Shown in pieces: positions 27,370-40,904 of a stretch of DNA of 64,000 nucleotides (the stretch's first letter is position 1; every line of letters starts with the position of its first letter). Origin of the DNA: Octopus vulgaris (taxonomy: Eukaryota); contig OX597824.1 in the NCBI GenBank assembly GCA_951406725.2, positions 47,678,001 through 47,742,000 on the forward strand, in the 5' to 3' direction. The notes beneath the pieces were generated by a model, which did no database searches, was not told where the DNA came from, and saw only the letters and a program-made list of their open reading frames with translations. Made by a program: the position numbers and the translations under genes.

Positions 27370-28168
27370 GTTTGAATTTTGCTTTATATTTGTACAAGTT
27401 GGCTCCAAGTCTCACCCAGAGACCTCAAGAGACAACAGGTTGGAAGTTCACGTTGTTGTTATGCCTAGTGTACCATATATTTGGTTGTTTTTTTTTTGTG
27501 TTGTACTAGTGGATGTCTAAAAAAAAAAATGTTTGTTAAAACCTTGAGATTACATAGAAAGTATTTTGCGTAGGATATGAGCAGTTCCCATGAGCACTAT
27601 CTTTTGAATTTCTGCCATTTTGGGGTTTCCTGGTATCTGAGTTAGGTAGCAATCAGCCCCTTTTGCTATCATTCCCAGGGCACCTATGACAACAGGTATT
27701 GTTTTAGTCTTCAGGTTCCACATTTTGCTGATTTCTATTTCAAGATCTTTATATTTGCTCAGTTTTTGGTAGGTCTTGACAGATACGTTTATATCGATTG
27801 GGACAGTCATATCAATGAGGAGGTATGTTTTTTGTCTTTTACTATGATGTCTGGCCTATTCGCATCTATCTTTCTGTCACTTTGAATGGTGAAGTTCCAG
27901 AGGAGTGAGATGTGGTCATTTTCAAGCACTGGAGGTGGTTTGTGTTCCCACCAGTTTTAATCATGGGGCAAGTCCAGGATTCTGCAAATTACCCAGTGAA
28001 TGTATTGTGCAGCTCTATCATGCCTGTTGAGATACTCTGTAGGCACAAGAAGACTGCACTTGGAGACAACATGAGCATTGGTTTCATTTTGTTGTTGCAT
28101 ACACGACATGTTGGGCTACTGCCGTTCTTTAATATGTTGGCCTGGTAGTTCCTTGTAGGTAGGCATTG
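27365..28168 (-). mobile_element. R4/Dong-like RLE non-LTR retrotransposon 3' fragment
   Basis: KLSKYKDLEIEISKMWNLKTKTIPVVIGALG endonuclease domain; ends in (ATT)n. Confidence 0.8.
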
Positions 28169-28174
28169 ATAATT

Positions 28175-28205
<31 letters not shown>

Positions 28206-28213
28206 CCATCACC

Positions 28214-28263
<50 letters not shown>

Positions 28264-28477
28264 CATCATCACTATCACTATTATTGTCTGATCTGAAAAT
28301 GGTGTATATGTGTGTGTAGCAGTAATCAATGAGTTACAACTGAACAGCTGCAAACAAGACATTTCCAATGTATATTATTTGCAAACCAATGGTGTATGAC
28401 CTGTAGCAGGTCATGTTAGTAGTTGACTTTCCTCTATACAAATGTATATCTATATATCTGTATTTTTATATTTTGCA

Positions 28478-28693
28478 ATGGATTCTTGCTCAATGTGTGG
28501 AAAGCCAGTACTGCTCACATTACTTTTTGTTTGTGTCTTTGGGTTGATCAAAATTGAAAATTTAGATGTGAACACTTCTTTTGTCCAGAAAGCAGCTAAT
28601 TATGCTGTTTCTCATATTATTTGTCCATGTGCAATAAAGAATAATGCATATTCATCTCTCCATCTTACATCAGTTGTGGAAGCACAAAAATGG
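28478..28693 (+). CDS. Secreted double-cystatin-like protein, exon 1 (signal peptide + helix VQKAANYAV + VVEAQKW)
   Basis: Hydrophobic N-terminus LLTLLFVCVFG, cystatin-type 'LDVN..VQKAANYAV' helix, TGG|GTCAGT phase-0 donor. Confidence 0.75.
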
Positions 28694-31600
28694 GTCAGTA
28701 TTTTGTTCTTGTTATTCTTTTAGAAGATAACTTTTCCATTTTTGTTTTTGATTGTTTAATTAAGTTTTTTTTACATGGCAAATTTGTTTCTTTTGAATGA
28801 TATTTCAGAGATAAGATGCCACCTTATGTTTTCGTAATGAGTGGTTACTTATAAAAACTTTTATTCCAATGTTACATAGATATGTATGTGTATATATGTT
28901 TCTTTTTAAGTGTTTGTGTGTCCATATGTATGTATATTTGTCTGTCGACTATCTATCTATCTGTCTATCGAACTATTAATCGCTCTCTCTCTCTCTCTCT
29001 CTCTCTTCCTCTCCCTCTCCCCCTCTCTCTCCCTAGTTGTCTGGCTGGCAGGCTGACTCACAAGGCTAACTGGCTGACTGACTGACCAGCTGGCTGGGTC
29101 TGGATTTATCCTTAGAGTTGACTCTCAGTCTTTCTCATGGATGAGTCTGGCCACAAGGTAGCAGAAGTTTCAAATCAGAACTTCTCCTCTCCTAAACGAA
29201 CAGTCTTTCTAATCTGATGGATTTGTTCTGTCCAAAATAATTGTTCATGTTGCAGAGAACACTTTCTCCTGTCAGTAGTAGAAAAGGTAAAGACAAAGAT
29301 AATTTTTGTTATAGCCATCAATCCAGGGCTTGGAATCTTGTGTGTACACACATACACATGCATACACACACACACACATTAAAAGTTACGTTTTCACTTC
29401 TTCACTCATCTGAAGAAGTTTCTGTTTTTGTACATTCCTCAAGGCAATATGTGAGGTTACAATATGTTAGGTTACTAACTCCACAAAATTTTATTCACTT
29501 ACCTAATTTCCTGAAATTAATCAGTGGAAGATTGTACTAATAACCAGTATGATTAAATATATATTTTCACTGAAGGATATTCTTTTACTAATGTTCCTGA
29601 TTATATTTCTTTAATAGTATTGTTACAGTTGGGTTATTAGAAGTTCTTTTAGTGTAGCATAGATCTTCATTTGGTTTTCTTTAAAGATGCTACTTACCAA
29701 GTCTAAAATAGTTAATGGTGCTTATGTTAGTTTTTATGATAACTTTTAGGTTAAACTAGCAAACACACCCATCCTTTGGGCGGTTTAAGTTGCTTTCGTG
29801 ATATTTTTTTCACCAAATAATTGAACTACCGAGAAGGTTTATGTGTAGCATGGCAATCTGTTTCCGATTAACCTAGGAACGGAAAATCAAATTGAAGGCT
29901 GGTTATTGTGGAGGTCATTGCACTTTGATTATCATAGAACATATAAGTTTGCAAGCGATGTAAAGTAGAACTACTGAAGTGTTTGGGGAGTAGATTACGG
30001 ATAATGACTACAAAATATAGTTGTTTTACATGAAAGTGAAATTTCTTGTCAGAAACAGCCACATAAATGGTGTAAGGAAATTGAAGGAAGATGTTGAAAC
30101 TTCCTCTCTGTGAGTTTATTTTTTTCAACAGCAAAGGGAGCTATTTTTTTCGGAGAGAAAAGCTAACAAAAGCCCCTTTATTCTATCTTCCCACATAGCG
30201 TACACATAAACTAACAGTGAATGCTGCATAAAGTTAAATTGGTATGGAGCTTCCTGAAAGATACGGATAGCTTTTGCTAGTGGAAGCAAAGGTTGATTCT
30301 TTGGGATGAATCATATGTGAGTGTTTAAAAAAAGGCTAGAATGACAATGTTAAAACCTATTTGAAACAATGAACAGCAGTCGAAATATCATAATGGCTGG
30401 GTAAAGAAGTATCCTTAAAGTGAAACAACAGTATCAAAGGTTAAAAAAAAAAGGTATCAACAATCAGAAGAGAGGGAAGGGAACATCACTTTTCAAGTAA
30501 CTCAGAATAGGTAAAGGTAAGCTTGCCAAAGTTTAATGCAGTTTCAATATGTAGATTAAAATAGTTTGGTATTGGATATTCATCACGTATAGTTTTCCTA
30601 GTCAACTGAATCACCGTCGTAAGTGGACAGCAGAAATAAATAGACGAAATCCTTTCACTTTTATAAAAAGATTAAATCGAAAATGAGGGCAATGAAAAAT
30701 CATTTCCTAGTAGCTGGAATTTCACGACAAAATGTATGTTTATTAAGCACAACAGCCTGCAGTGCATGCCACTGGGCATTAAAAGCCAACCGCACAAACC
30801 TAGAGGGGATCTGGGCCCTCTTGAATCGATAAAAAAATCACTCTTTTTGCCATAGCAACCACATCTTTATAGCTTGCAAATTTTAACCATTGTGGGTCTC
30901 ATCCTCACCATGCATTTAGTATCCCTGCCAATTAATCATCAAAGCAAAATGTGCATACAATTTTTGTCCAAGGACTGTTTTATAGATATAGATTTCTTTA
31001 ATTCTATTCAATTTTTTTTTTAGTTTTTAAGCTGTAATCATTTATGTAGCTTAAGATTGCAGGCCTGTCATCTATGTATAGTCTAGAGTGCTGAATCTAT
31101 TTCCAGGCATATTCAGGTTCAGCAATTCACCCTTTTAGCCTATATATCAGCAATTGCTTATACTGATAAGAAAATAGCTCATCACCTGACTTTTTTATAC
31201 TCAGAATATCATCAAAGACATGTCATGTCAAGCCTAAAATTTATTCTGTTAGATGTAACAGTTAGTGAGTATTTTCCAAACAGCATACCAAATGAATACC
31301 TTCTCTATCGTCATCGTCCTCCTCCTCTTCTTCTTCTTCTTCTTCTCGTTGTTATCATCATCATCATCATTGTCATCAACATCATCACCACCACCACCAT
31401 CATCATCATCAGACATGTTCCTCATGGAAGATTGGAAACTATTATCATTTTGTTTGATGGTGAAGCTTATTTACAGCCACCATGTGATGTCAAGTGAAAT
31501 CAACTTATAGCCATGAAATCATTCATGAATTGAGGGAGAAACTGTAAAAACAATAGAAAGATAAGAACAAAAAAACAGAAAAAAGAAAAATCACCTTGTT

Positions 31601-32341
31601 CAGTCTCCCCTTAAGTATGATTATACTGTTCAATTAAGATAGAAACTTCCTAATGTTAAAAATAAAAGTATTTCCAGTTCAAACAAATACTGCCAACTGT
31701 TAAACAAAGCAGCATATAAAAGTTGCATCAGAAACATCACTACTTCTGATAGCTCAAACAGATTGAAGTAACCACACACCAAGAGACAAGCCAAACTTAC
31801 CATACAAAAATATTGCCTTCAAACAGTATGGAGGTCATTTTTGTTCCTCCTTGATCAGATCCAGCTGGAACATCTCTCCACTGTCTCTGATATTGCCTTT
31901 AGGGCTTTCATCCTGTTTTTTCCAGAGGTTGAGAGTTGTTTCATTAGATCATAAGCATATTTGTCCATTGATCTGGATGCAACCTCTGTAACAAGAAGTT
32001 GGCTTCCCTTAAGCCTTTTACCTTACAAAAACAATAATCTTGATCTTGACCTATTCTAAATTAAGCCCTAATTTCAAACAGCAACTGGAGTGAAGTTGAG
32101 GTCAGCAGGACATACCTATAAATAACAGCACTCCCACCTTCCACAGAACACTAACAAAAATTTACTTCAGTCAGTTTACTTTGAGGATGACCAAATGGAC
32201 AGACCCTGATGAAGCTGCACGGACAATTTGTAACAGTGAGTAGTCAAATAAAAACACATGTAAGTCATTATAATATGTTGTATATAACTATAAAATAAAT
32301 TTTGTGGATGTACAAGTCTCCATATTCTTTATTATTGATAT

Positions 32342-32373
<32 letters not shown>

Positions 32374-32570
32374 GAGTGGGCTTCTTTGGTGTCCATCACA
32401 CAAACTTCCACACAATGTTTTAGTTGCCCTGGGGCTATAGTAGAAGACACCTGCCCAAGGTCCCATGCAGTGGGACTGGGTCCAAATCATTAAAAATCAA
32501 AAGAAGATTAATATCAAGAAATTTTCTGCCATTATTGTTTATTTAATTTTCTTTTATTTTATATTTTTAG

Positions 32571-32636
32571 CATGGAGAAGAGGAAATGGTACGGATTGTT
32601 TGTCAAGTAGCTTCAAAGAAGGAGATGAAGCTGGAG
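32571..32636 (+). CDS. Double-cystatin-like protein, exon 2 (HGEEEMVRIVCQVASKKEMKLE)
   Basis: Long T-tract TTTTAG acceptor, GAG|GTATGT donor, 66 nt, phase 0-0. Confidence 0.7.
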
Positions 32637-33810
32637 GTATGTATGGGTTCTTTCTGTTGTTAATCTCTCAGAATATTCCAGAGGTAGTGGTATAGTAGAA
32701 ATGGTTGTGCATGAGACCAAATACTTTCGAAGATGCCATTGGTTTATGTTTTACCAACATAACTTTGACTTTCGTCATTTCAAAAGATCAATAAAAATCT
32801 TTTACTTGTTTCAATCATTAGACTACGGCCATACTGGGACATCGCCTTGAGGAATTTTTAGTCAAATGAATCCATTTTTTAAGTCTGGTACTTATTCTAT
32901 CGATCTCTTTTGCCAAACTGCTAAGTTACAGGGATGTAAACACACCAACATTGGTTGTCAAGTGGTGGTGGGGGACAAGTACAGATACAAAGACACATGC
33001 ACACACACATACATGCACTTATATGTGTGTGTGCGTGCGATGGATTTCTTTCAGTTTTCGTCTACCAAATCTACTCACAGGGCTTTGGAACTGAATCCAG
33101 AGCCATGTGGTTGGGAAGCAAGCTTTTTACCATGCAGTCATGCCTACCTATGCCTATAGTAAGCATCAATTATACACAGGAGTCATTTCAATCTAGAAAC
33201 ATTTGTTGCTTTGTGATTTTAAAATAATTCTTTCAGAGAAAACTTTGGTGACCTTTATTCAAGCAATCTATGTAAAAGAGACAACCAGTTAGTGCATTGC
33301 AAGTAACCAATATTCTTGGGTTTACTGTATAGGATATGGTGTACATGTTCTAAAACTAAGATATAAGAGCAGGCACGTCTGTGTGGTTAAGAAGTTTGCT
33401 TTCCAACCATATGGTTTCAAGTTCAGTTCTATTGCGTGCTAGGTGTGCAAGTCTCTCCTATTATAACTCCAGGTTGACCAAAACCTTGTGAGTGGATTTG
33501 GTTGATGGAAACTGAAAGAAATTTGTTTTATAAATAAGCTTGCCCATTCGATGAAGGGATATAATAAATATCCTGGAATCAGCTGTAAGACATTCTATTT
33601 ATAAATGTTCTAAAATCTTCACTGCCTCGATTTTTTATCTCATTCTGAAAAAAAAACATTTTTATATATACACACACTGATATATGACCTACGTTGGACT
33701 CCTTATTTGCATAATCACCAAACCTGGAGCTTAACTATGGTCTATTCATAGCATTTACTCAGCATTACCTGACACCTTTGGGTCTTACTGACACCATTAT
33801 CTCTCATAAC

Positions 33811-33869
<59 letters not shown>

Positions 33870-33879
33870 AATCTTCTCC

Positions 33880-34435
33880 ATGAAAGCTCCTCTGGCACCA
33901 CTGCTCTATCCCCCCAGAAGACAAAGCTCTGCATCTACAATGCATCAGTCCTCTCTATTTTCCTCCATGGAGCAGAAATGTGCCCCCCCCCCCCTGAAGA
34001 CGCTAGCAAAGAGGATTGACAGCTTTGACAACAGAGCCCTGAGAATTATCAAGAACATTGGATGGTATCATCACATTTCCAACTAAGAACTGCATGTGTG
34101 CATGTATCAGTCTGCAGCCTCCCACGTCATAGCTATGTGTTGCATGCACTGGTAAGGACATGTCCTCCATTTCTCGCTAGATCATTCTACTAGGGCTTTA
34201 CTCTCATTTGATACAGCAACTGCAGGATGAGGCCTCATGGTGGGCCTCACACCAGATGGCTGGACATGACTGAGGAAGATTTTCAGAGGCTCAACATTAC
34301 CTTGAAGGATGCAAAGCGGCTGGCACAGGATCGCCAGCAATGGAGAGCACTAGTGGACCTGATTGGCTCTACACATGATGACACCTTTGAGATCACTAAC
34401 TTGGAATGATCCTAGCCCTATCAAACAAGAGCACG
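33880..34435 (+). mobile_element. Decayed RTE-like LINE 3' fragment
   Basis: KRIDSFDNRALRII and GPHTRWLD...AQDRQQWRALV motifs. Confidence 0.7.
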
Positions 34436-34893
34436 AAGCCAGCCTTTTAAATTTTAATTTTGTTTACTATTTACAATTTACATGTATTGGTGGTAAATAT
34501 TTGTTTTTTTTATTATTTACTCATTCATATTTCAAAGTCTTGTTATTGTTGTTGTGATTGTGAATAACAGGCAGTTTATAATAATATAGCATTTAAAAGA
34601 TTTTATAGAATATTTAAATAGAAGACAAAAGACTAAAATTAAAAATAACTGTACATCACTTACACCTCTGTCTTCCCACTTTATCCCTATACCCAAATAA
34701 AATTTTAACCACCCAGCTAGTGGAGAGTCCTGCCCACTTTAAAAAGTACTGGTGCTGATAAATGGAAAACTTAGCTGATCAGGTTAGGATTTGAACTAGA
34801 GAACTATAACTTCTAAACCTGTCCCTGGGAAGTATCTGTATTCATCTACCATGTAATTATATGACCATTAGATTAATATTTTTTTTATTGCAG

Positions 34894-35115
34894 TATGGTC
34901 ATGAATGTACATTCTACCTGAACATCTACAATGAGACTAATTTTACCTTGGAAAAGTACACCTGCTTTAAATATGTAACATCAAAAAGTAAAAAGATTCC
35001 AGCACCTTCCATCAATATCAAACGGCATGAGATACAATCCCTAAAGCCATTCTTGAATATGTCTCTGAAAAAATATGATCGCAGATTGGTTAAAATTCTC
35101 AAGGCTTATAAAAAG
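34894..35115 (+). CDS. Double-cystatin-like protein, exon 3 (YGHECTF...YTC...VKILKAYKK)
   Basis: TTGCAG acceptor, AAG|GTAATC donor, 222 nt, phase 0-0. Encodes the C-terminal disulfide hairpin of domain 1 and the start of domain 2. Confidence 0.75.
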
Positions 35116-35274
35116 GTAATCTTTTACTTATTAAGAACACTTAGGGAAAATATAACCACTACAAATTCCTGTTTCCTTTCCTGTTTATCTATGGTGGTTC
35201 ATGTTTATATAAGAAATCATCTTCATCATTATCATCACCATCAAAATTTTCTATTCCTGCTTAAATATGGATGT

Positions 35275-35613
35275 TCTGTTTGAACAAACATTACTGTGGT
35301 AGATACCATGAGAGAGACTCTAAGATTAGCTTTTGGTGCAAAATGCATTCTTGTTTATATTGCTAGTGAGGAGGTAAACCCCACCAACTCCAGTGCCGAG
35401 ACCATCAGATCATGTGATTTCAACCTCCCTTGGTCTCATCTGTGATGGATGCTTGATCACTAGAGATAGCAATGACTCATCTCCCTACCAGCGATATATA
35501 GAAAAATTATCTCCCTACTTGCGATAAAAACTAGCAGCATATTTTGCACCAAAAGCTTATATGAGAGTTTCTCTCATGGTATCAACCACAGTAAAGTTTG
35601 TTCTAACTGAAGA
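35275..35613. mobile_element. Foldback/MITE-like element with ~95-bp imperfect inverted arms enclosing the hammerhead
   Basis: GAACAAACATTACTGTGGTAGATACCATGAGAGAGACTCT..AGCTTTTGGTGCAAAAT versus ATTTTGCACCAAAAGCT..AGAGTTTCTCTCATGGTATCAACCACAGTAAAGTTTGTTC. Confidence 0.75.
35402..35448 (-). ncRNA. Degenerate minimal type I hammerhead ribozyme motif
   Basis: Minus strand reads CCATCA-CAGATGA-GACC AAGGGA GGTT-GAAA-TCACATGA-TC-TGATGG. This gives stem I, a CUGANGA-like core (one mismatch), stem II, GAAA, a near-palindromic stem III and an AUC cleavage triplet. Confidence 0.7.
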
Positions 35614-36039
35614 TCATCATCATCATCATCATCGTTTAACGTCCGTTCTCCATGCTAGCATGGGTTGGACGGTTTGATCGGGGATCTGGGAAGCCAGAAG
35701 GCTGCACCAGGCTCCGGTCTTATCTGGCAATGTTTCTACAACTGGATGCCCTTCCTAACGCCAAAGATCCATGTTTAAATGGGAATAAATATTATCTCTC
35801 AGTATTAATATTTCCTCTGTTGCTAATATATTTTTCATAAAAATTTTGGGGAAATGCTTTGCTGTTATTATTCCAAATCTTTATAATATGAGTTAAAATC
35901 CTTCTGAAATCAGTTTTGCTTTTCATCCCTTTGGGGTTGATAAGACAAAGCACTGGTCATATATTGTGGTTGATATAATTGACCAACCCTCTCACAAATT
36001 GCTGGTCATATGCCTAAATCAGAAACCATTATTATTATC

Positions 36040-39000
36040 ATCATCATTTTTTCAACTTAGGTTCTGTTGGAACTCCTAGAGTCTTGCATGAGTACTGGGC
36101 AGGCTGCCTACAGTCTACAGTACAATGCTATCTGTTCTCTCTAACTATATTATACTTTCCTGATGATTCTGGCCATGCCAAGAAAGCAAACTTTTTGCAA
36201 CAGTGCAGCTGAGCACTATATTCCTGTTTCCTTTATATTCTTCTTAACATCTCCTGAATTTGTCCTTAAGGCCCCAACAATAATAGGCACTATCTTCACC
36301 TTTTTCATTTTCCACAGTCAAGTTATTTTGTATTTAAGAAGATTGTATATATGTCTATTTTTTTTGCCTTCCTTCTTAACTAATCATGAGTCAAAGAGGT
36401 TTGCAACATCAATTATAGAGCATATATCATTTACCTTGTCCACCACCATTAGGTCCAGCTTGTTTTGCTGAAGTACATAATCCATTTGGATTGGAAAATC
36501 TCTCAGGATTTTGCAGGTCTCTGATTCAACCACTCTCTGGTTTGTGTTTGTATCACATCTTGCCTCTCTCTAATCCTCAGTTTTCAGTTTCCAGTGTAGC
36601 AGTCTCAATGCCCTATCATGTCACCACAACTTATATTGGTCTTGGGCAAATTGAGGCCATTCATTCTCAGTATAAGTAATGGTTTTATCAAATACATTCC
36701 AAATTTGGCACAATGGAGACACTTGCTTATTCCTTAGATTGACCCTCCAATTTGTGGCCAAAGCTTGGTCTTGCATTGCAAGTATAGTACTCTCAGCCAC
36801 TTTTTTATGTGTTCCTTGCTTTAACCAGTCTCACCTATGTTCTCCAGCAGCTTCAGTTGTGACTATGTGGAATTGAGTAGGGCTTCTTCATGTCTTCTTG
36901 TTTTGTTCTTTTTTTTCCCATTCTACAATATGCCCTCCTCTCTAACTGCCACTTTGGGTTAGATATCTCAGCAAGTTCCCATGTTCAATATGCATGCAGT
37001 CTTCCACATTTATCAGTCCCCTTCTTACATTTGTTCTCTTAATATATAGACAATCAATGTCTGCACATGGATGATGGGTTCCAAGCAGGGTTAGGAGCTT
37101 TCTTGTCTTCCTGTCCAACTCCTTTTGCTCATTTTCTGACCACTTCAGAATTCCAGATCCATACTGAACCACTACAACTTCACGTGAGTTTATTGCTGAA
37201 GTTATATTTCTGGCATTCAACTTTAAATTCATATCTTTCTCAATCACCAAAGATACCCTTTCTTTGTCTTTTCTTTCATATCATCATGCTTAATTACATC
37301 TGCCTCAAGTATTTTCAAATATTTATATTTAGATTCAGGTTTAATTGCCTTCATCATTTCACCACTTGATATACATATACCTTCTGTTCTGACAAACTTT
37401 TCTCATCTCATCACAGTTACAGCACATTTTGGAAGTCCAAATTCCAAGTCTTCACAGACTGGACTAGACTGTTCAGTTCTATCTAAGTTTTTGTGAACAA
37501 CCTCAAAACATCCATAAATAGCAGGTCATTAAGCTTTCCTTTACCACTTTCCAGATCATACACCAACTTTGTCTTCCACAGTATTTCACTCAAGGGAATT
37601 ATTCCCAGCACAAAGATCAATGGGGATACACTGTTCCTCTGAAAGATCCCTCTCCTAATTTTCACTTCTCCTTACACCTGATTCTCTGCTGTCAATTCAG
37701 ATCTCCAAAATTTCATACTGTTCCATATACGGTTTCTCATGTCTTCTTTTACTCCATACATTTCCATAGTTCTTGTTATCCAAGAGTATGATATCATATC
37801 ACATCCTTTATGATATTCAGTCCATGCCATGCTCAAATTTGTGTGCCTTCTCTTGCAATTTCTGATGATTAGCTTGTCAATAAATAGCTGATCTTTCATT
37901 CTCTGGCTCTTTTTTTGATACCCATTCTGTTCAATCAGTAGCAGCCCACGTTTTTCAAAGTATCCATACAATTCACTGGCTAAAACACCTGAGAGTAGCT
38001 TCCACATTAGCAGAAGTTGGTTGGAAGTTGGATACTTGAAATATAGCTGAGACCAACAAGATTATTAGGGTTGCAGTAATGAATGGAAACATAAAAATAA
38101 GGCTGGAAAGAACATATATAATAAAAGATAAAGGATATGTTAAGATCTTTGATGCATAACATTGTCTTTCTTTTTGTTATCTAGCTGGGCACTGAGCCTT
38201 CCTGCAAGCACTTATCCATCTATTCTGCTATCCTTTCATGGAGTCCTCCTAGTTTCTTCATCCAATATCCTTGGACACCATCTGGCCTTGGGTTCTTCCA
38301 ATTTGGTATTTTACTTATGTCTTTTTATCATTTCTGTTTTTGTTTTTATGTTGTCTTGACCTATTTTCTTAACCTATTTTGGGTTGCATGCAGTCACTCT
38401 GCATTATCATTATGCTCTACAGGTTGATCCCAGATTCCCCACCACCACCAAAAAGCTTTAGATACCAATGTTGGGTGTAATTGTCCATCTAATTCCTCAA
38501 ACAGTTTTCTCTCATTGGATTCATATAATTTGTTCTGCCTCAATTGTTTTGTTCTATTGTCATATCTTTCCTTTTTTGCCTTGATTACTACTGCTCTTTG
38601 TTTCAATTTTTCCAATATTATGTAAAATCCTTTATTTTTTATTCTATATGTTCTTATTTTTATGTTTTCATTTTTGCTGCAACCCTGATAATCTTGTTGG
38701 TTTCAATTATATTTCCCATCTGAAATTGTCAAACAACAGTATTGTTTTTTTCCCATTTCTGTTTTTAGATTGGGAAGTGTATGATCCTGGCCTTCTCTAA
38801 TATATTGGCATGTTATCCTCACAATATCATGTTGATCATCATCGTATAGCTCTTTCCATTACTTCTGCTTAATTTTCTGGCAATCCATTTACATCTTGCC
38901 CTACATTTTCACAGTCACTGTTCATTTCTCTGTCCTTAGTAGGCACGCTATTTACTGGTGCAGTATTATCTTTGTTTTCTATTTGCCTTTTTATTTCTTC

Positions 39001-39300
39001 AATCTCCATGTCTGTTAACCACCCATTTGTTCTTATTGCTCTTACCTGATTGACTAACTATTGCTCACTAATCTCAAAGAGTACTATTCCATTTTGATTT
39101 CATGCATTTTCAAACCCCCTTCTACTGGGTTCACTTCTGATTCAGCACTCAATTACTGTTCAATTTACCTCCTTGTCCCATCTTTTTCTCTGCTTCTATC
39201 ATTAAGTATAAGCTCTCTCTGAATGACAACCATGCCTGTGCTGCCCAACCACATGACACCTGCTGAGTGAAAGACCTTCACCATTAGTTCCAGCCTCATT
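36040..39300 (-). mobile_element. Degenerate R4/Dong-like LINE
   Basis: Broken RT (GIFQRNSVSPLIF; LLFMDVL), ELDRKTRKLL and RLE remnants. Confidence 0.75.
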
Positions 39301-40285
39301 AACACCAAAATTCAATACATTCGTATTGGACATTTTATTGAACAGAGAATTATTTTAAATCTTCATTCGCTTTCTTTGAAAGTCTACTGCATTTATTTTA
39401 AAAAACAAATAATTGATCGTTCTTCATTTTAATGCTATATACACCAACACAACTAAACCAGTGGGAATAGAGTGGTCATCTGTTGTAGTTGCATAATATT
39501 TCATATACACACAGGTATTAGCTGTTTTGTTAAAAAATTTGCTTCCCAACTGCATGGTTTCAGATTCAGTCTTACTACCAGAAACCTTGGGCAAATGTCT
39601 ACTACTATAGCCACTGGCTGACCAAAACCTTATGAGCAGATTTGGTAGGTGGAAACTGAAAGAATATATATATTGAGCATTGCCAGCATGGACAACAGAT
39701 GTTAAAAATCTATATATATATATATTTTTCACGTAGCAGGTGCTGTTGATAATGCCTGCATTTGTGGTGTAGTACACATTTAGATACCATGATGTCATGA
39801 TGTAGTACACATTTAGTACACTAAATGTAGTACACATTTAGATACCATGATGTCATGATGATGATCATGATCATCATCATCATCATTGTCATCCTTGTTG
39901 CTGCTGTTGTCATCATCATCGTCATCATTATCATCTTATGTCTCCTTTCCCTATTGGCATTTGGAGCCAAAGCTTTCAAAGACTAGGTGCTCATACTTGC
40001 CATTAGGCCTAGTTTCTATGGTTGGATCCCTTTCCTAATGTCAACCAATTTACAGAGTGTACTCTGCATCGACACTAGAAAGCTTGAATAGTCCTCAGTT
40101 AGACAGGTCTAGAGGCACCTATTAATCTACCCTTTCTGTACTTTTTTAGTCAACTATTTTGCAATATGAACAGGCGGTGGGTGGTACCTTTTACACAGTA
40201 AATTTGGAAATGGAACAATGAGGAGAGGAAGGTAATAAATGTTTATTAGAGAGGTGGGGATAAGGGAGTAAAAAAAGGTATAGAA

Positions 40286-40413
40286 TAGGCATGGGCAAGC
40301 TGCATGAGACATGACCCATCATCAGGCAGGCTGCATTACTGAAAATATTCCAGGTAATTTTTCATTGGCATGTAATCCAGAAAGCGCCATGGGCTGCAGT
40401 TTACCCATGACAG
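40286..40413. mobile_element. Short degenerate hAT-like MITE
   Basis: TAGGCATGGGCAAGCTGC ... GCAGTTTACCCATGACAG; degenerate 8-bp flanks GTATAGAA/GTTTAGAG. Confidence 0.5.
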
Positions 40414-40614
40414 GTTTAGAGAGTATTCAGTAAATTAAGGAATGTACATTTGCATAGGTGACCAAGGAGAAAAACTGTAGAAGATGAATAATCATATCAG
40501 AAGGCCCAAGATGGGTCAGAAAATGGAAGAACAAGAGTATTCTATAACTGTCCTCTAAATTTTAAAACATTTATTTTACACTGACGTTTTTTCCTTTTTT
40601 TCCTTTTTTTCCAG

Positions 40615-40683
40615 TATGAAATTGGAGTAATCTATATTGTAAATGTTGAAGTTATAGAGTTGGAATCACCTAGACAAAAACCA
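40615..40683 (+). CDS. Double-cystatin-like protein, exon 4 (YEIGVIYIVNVEVIELESPRQKP)
   Basis: CTGAC branch point, long pyrimidine tract and CCAG acceptor, CCA|GTAAGA donor. GxxY beta-strand typical of cystatins. Confidence 0.75.
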
Positions 40684-40719
40684 GTAAGAGTATTCTCAGT
40701 GTCTCATTTTCCTGTTTGA

Positions 40720-40904
40720 CCCTTTAGCATTTAAACTAGCCATATATGCCAAAATATGCTACCTGTTTTGTTAAAACTAGCCATATCACACCTACCCTAC
40801 AATGTCATATTAAAAGCAAACAATCACATTGTCAAAGGTATTAATTAATTCAAAACAATGTGAATATGTATTACATTTAAAAGGGTAATCTGAATGCTAA
40901 AGGG
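40720..40904. mobile_element. piggyBac-like MITE, same family as 7962-8169
   Basis: Same TIRs and internal sequence; left TSD mutated to TTGA. Confidence 0.8.

Noticed and set aside
29740-30900. Possible further DNA-transposon remnant
   Set aside because: No recognisable termini or protein motifs.
33237-33302. Extra cystatin-gene exon (ENFGDLYSSNLCKRDNQLVHC in one frame)
   Set aside because: In phase 0, which the flanking exons require, it hits TGA after 4 codons.
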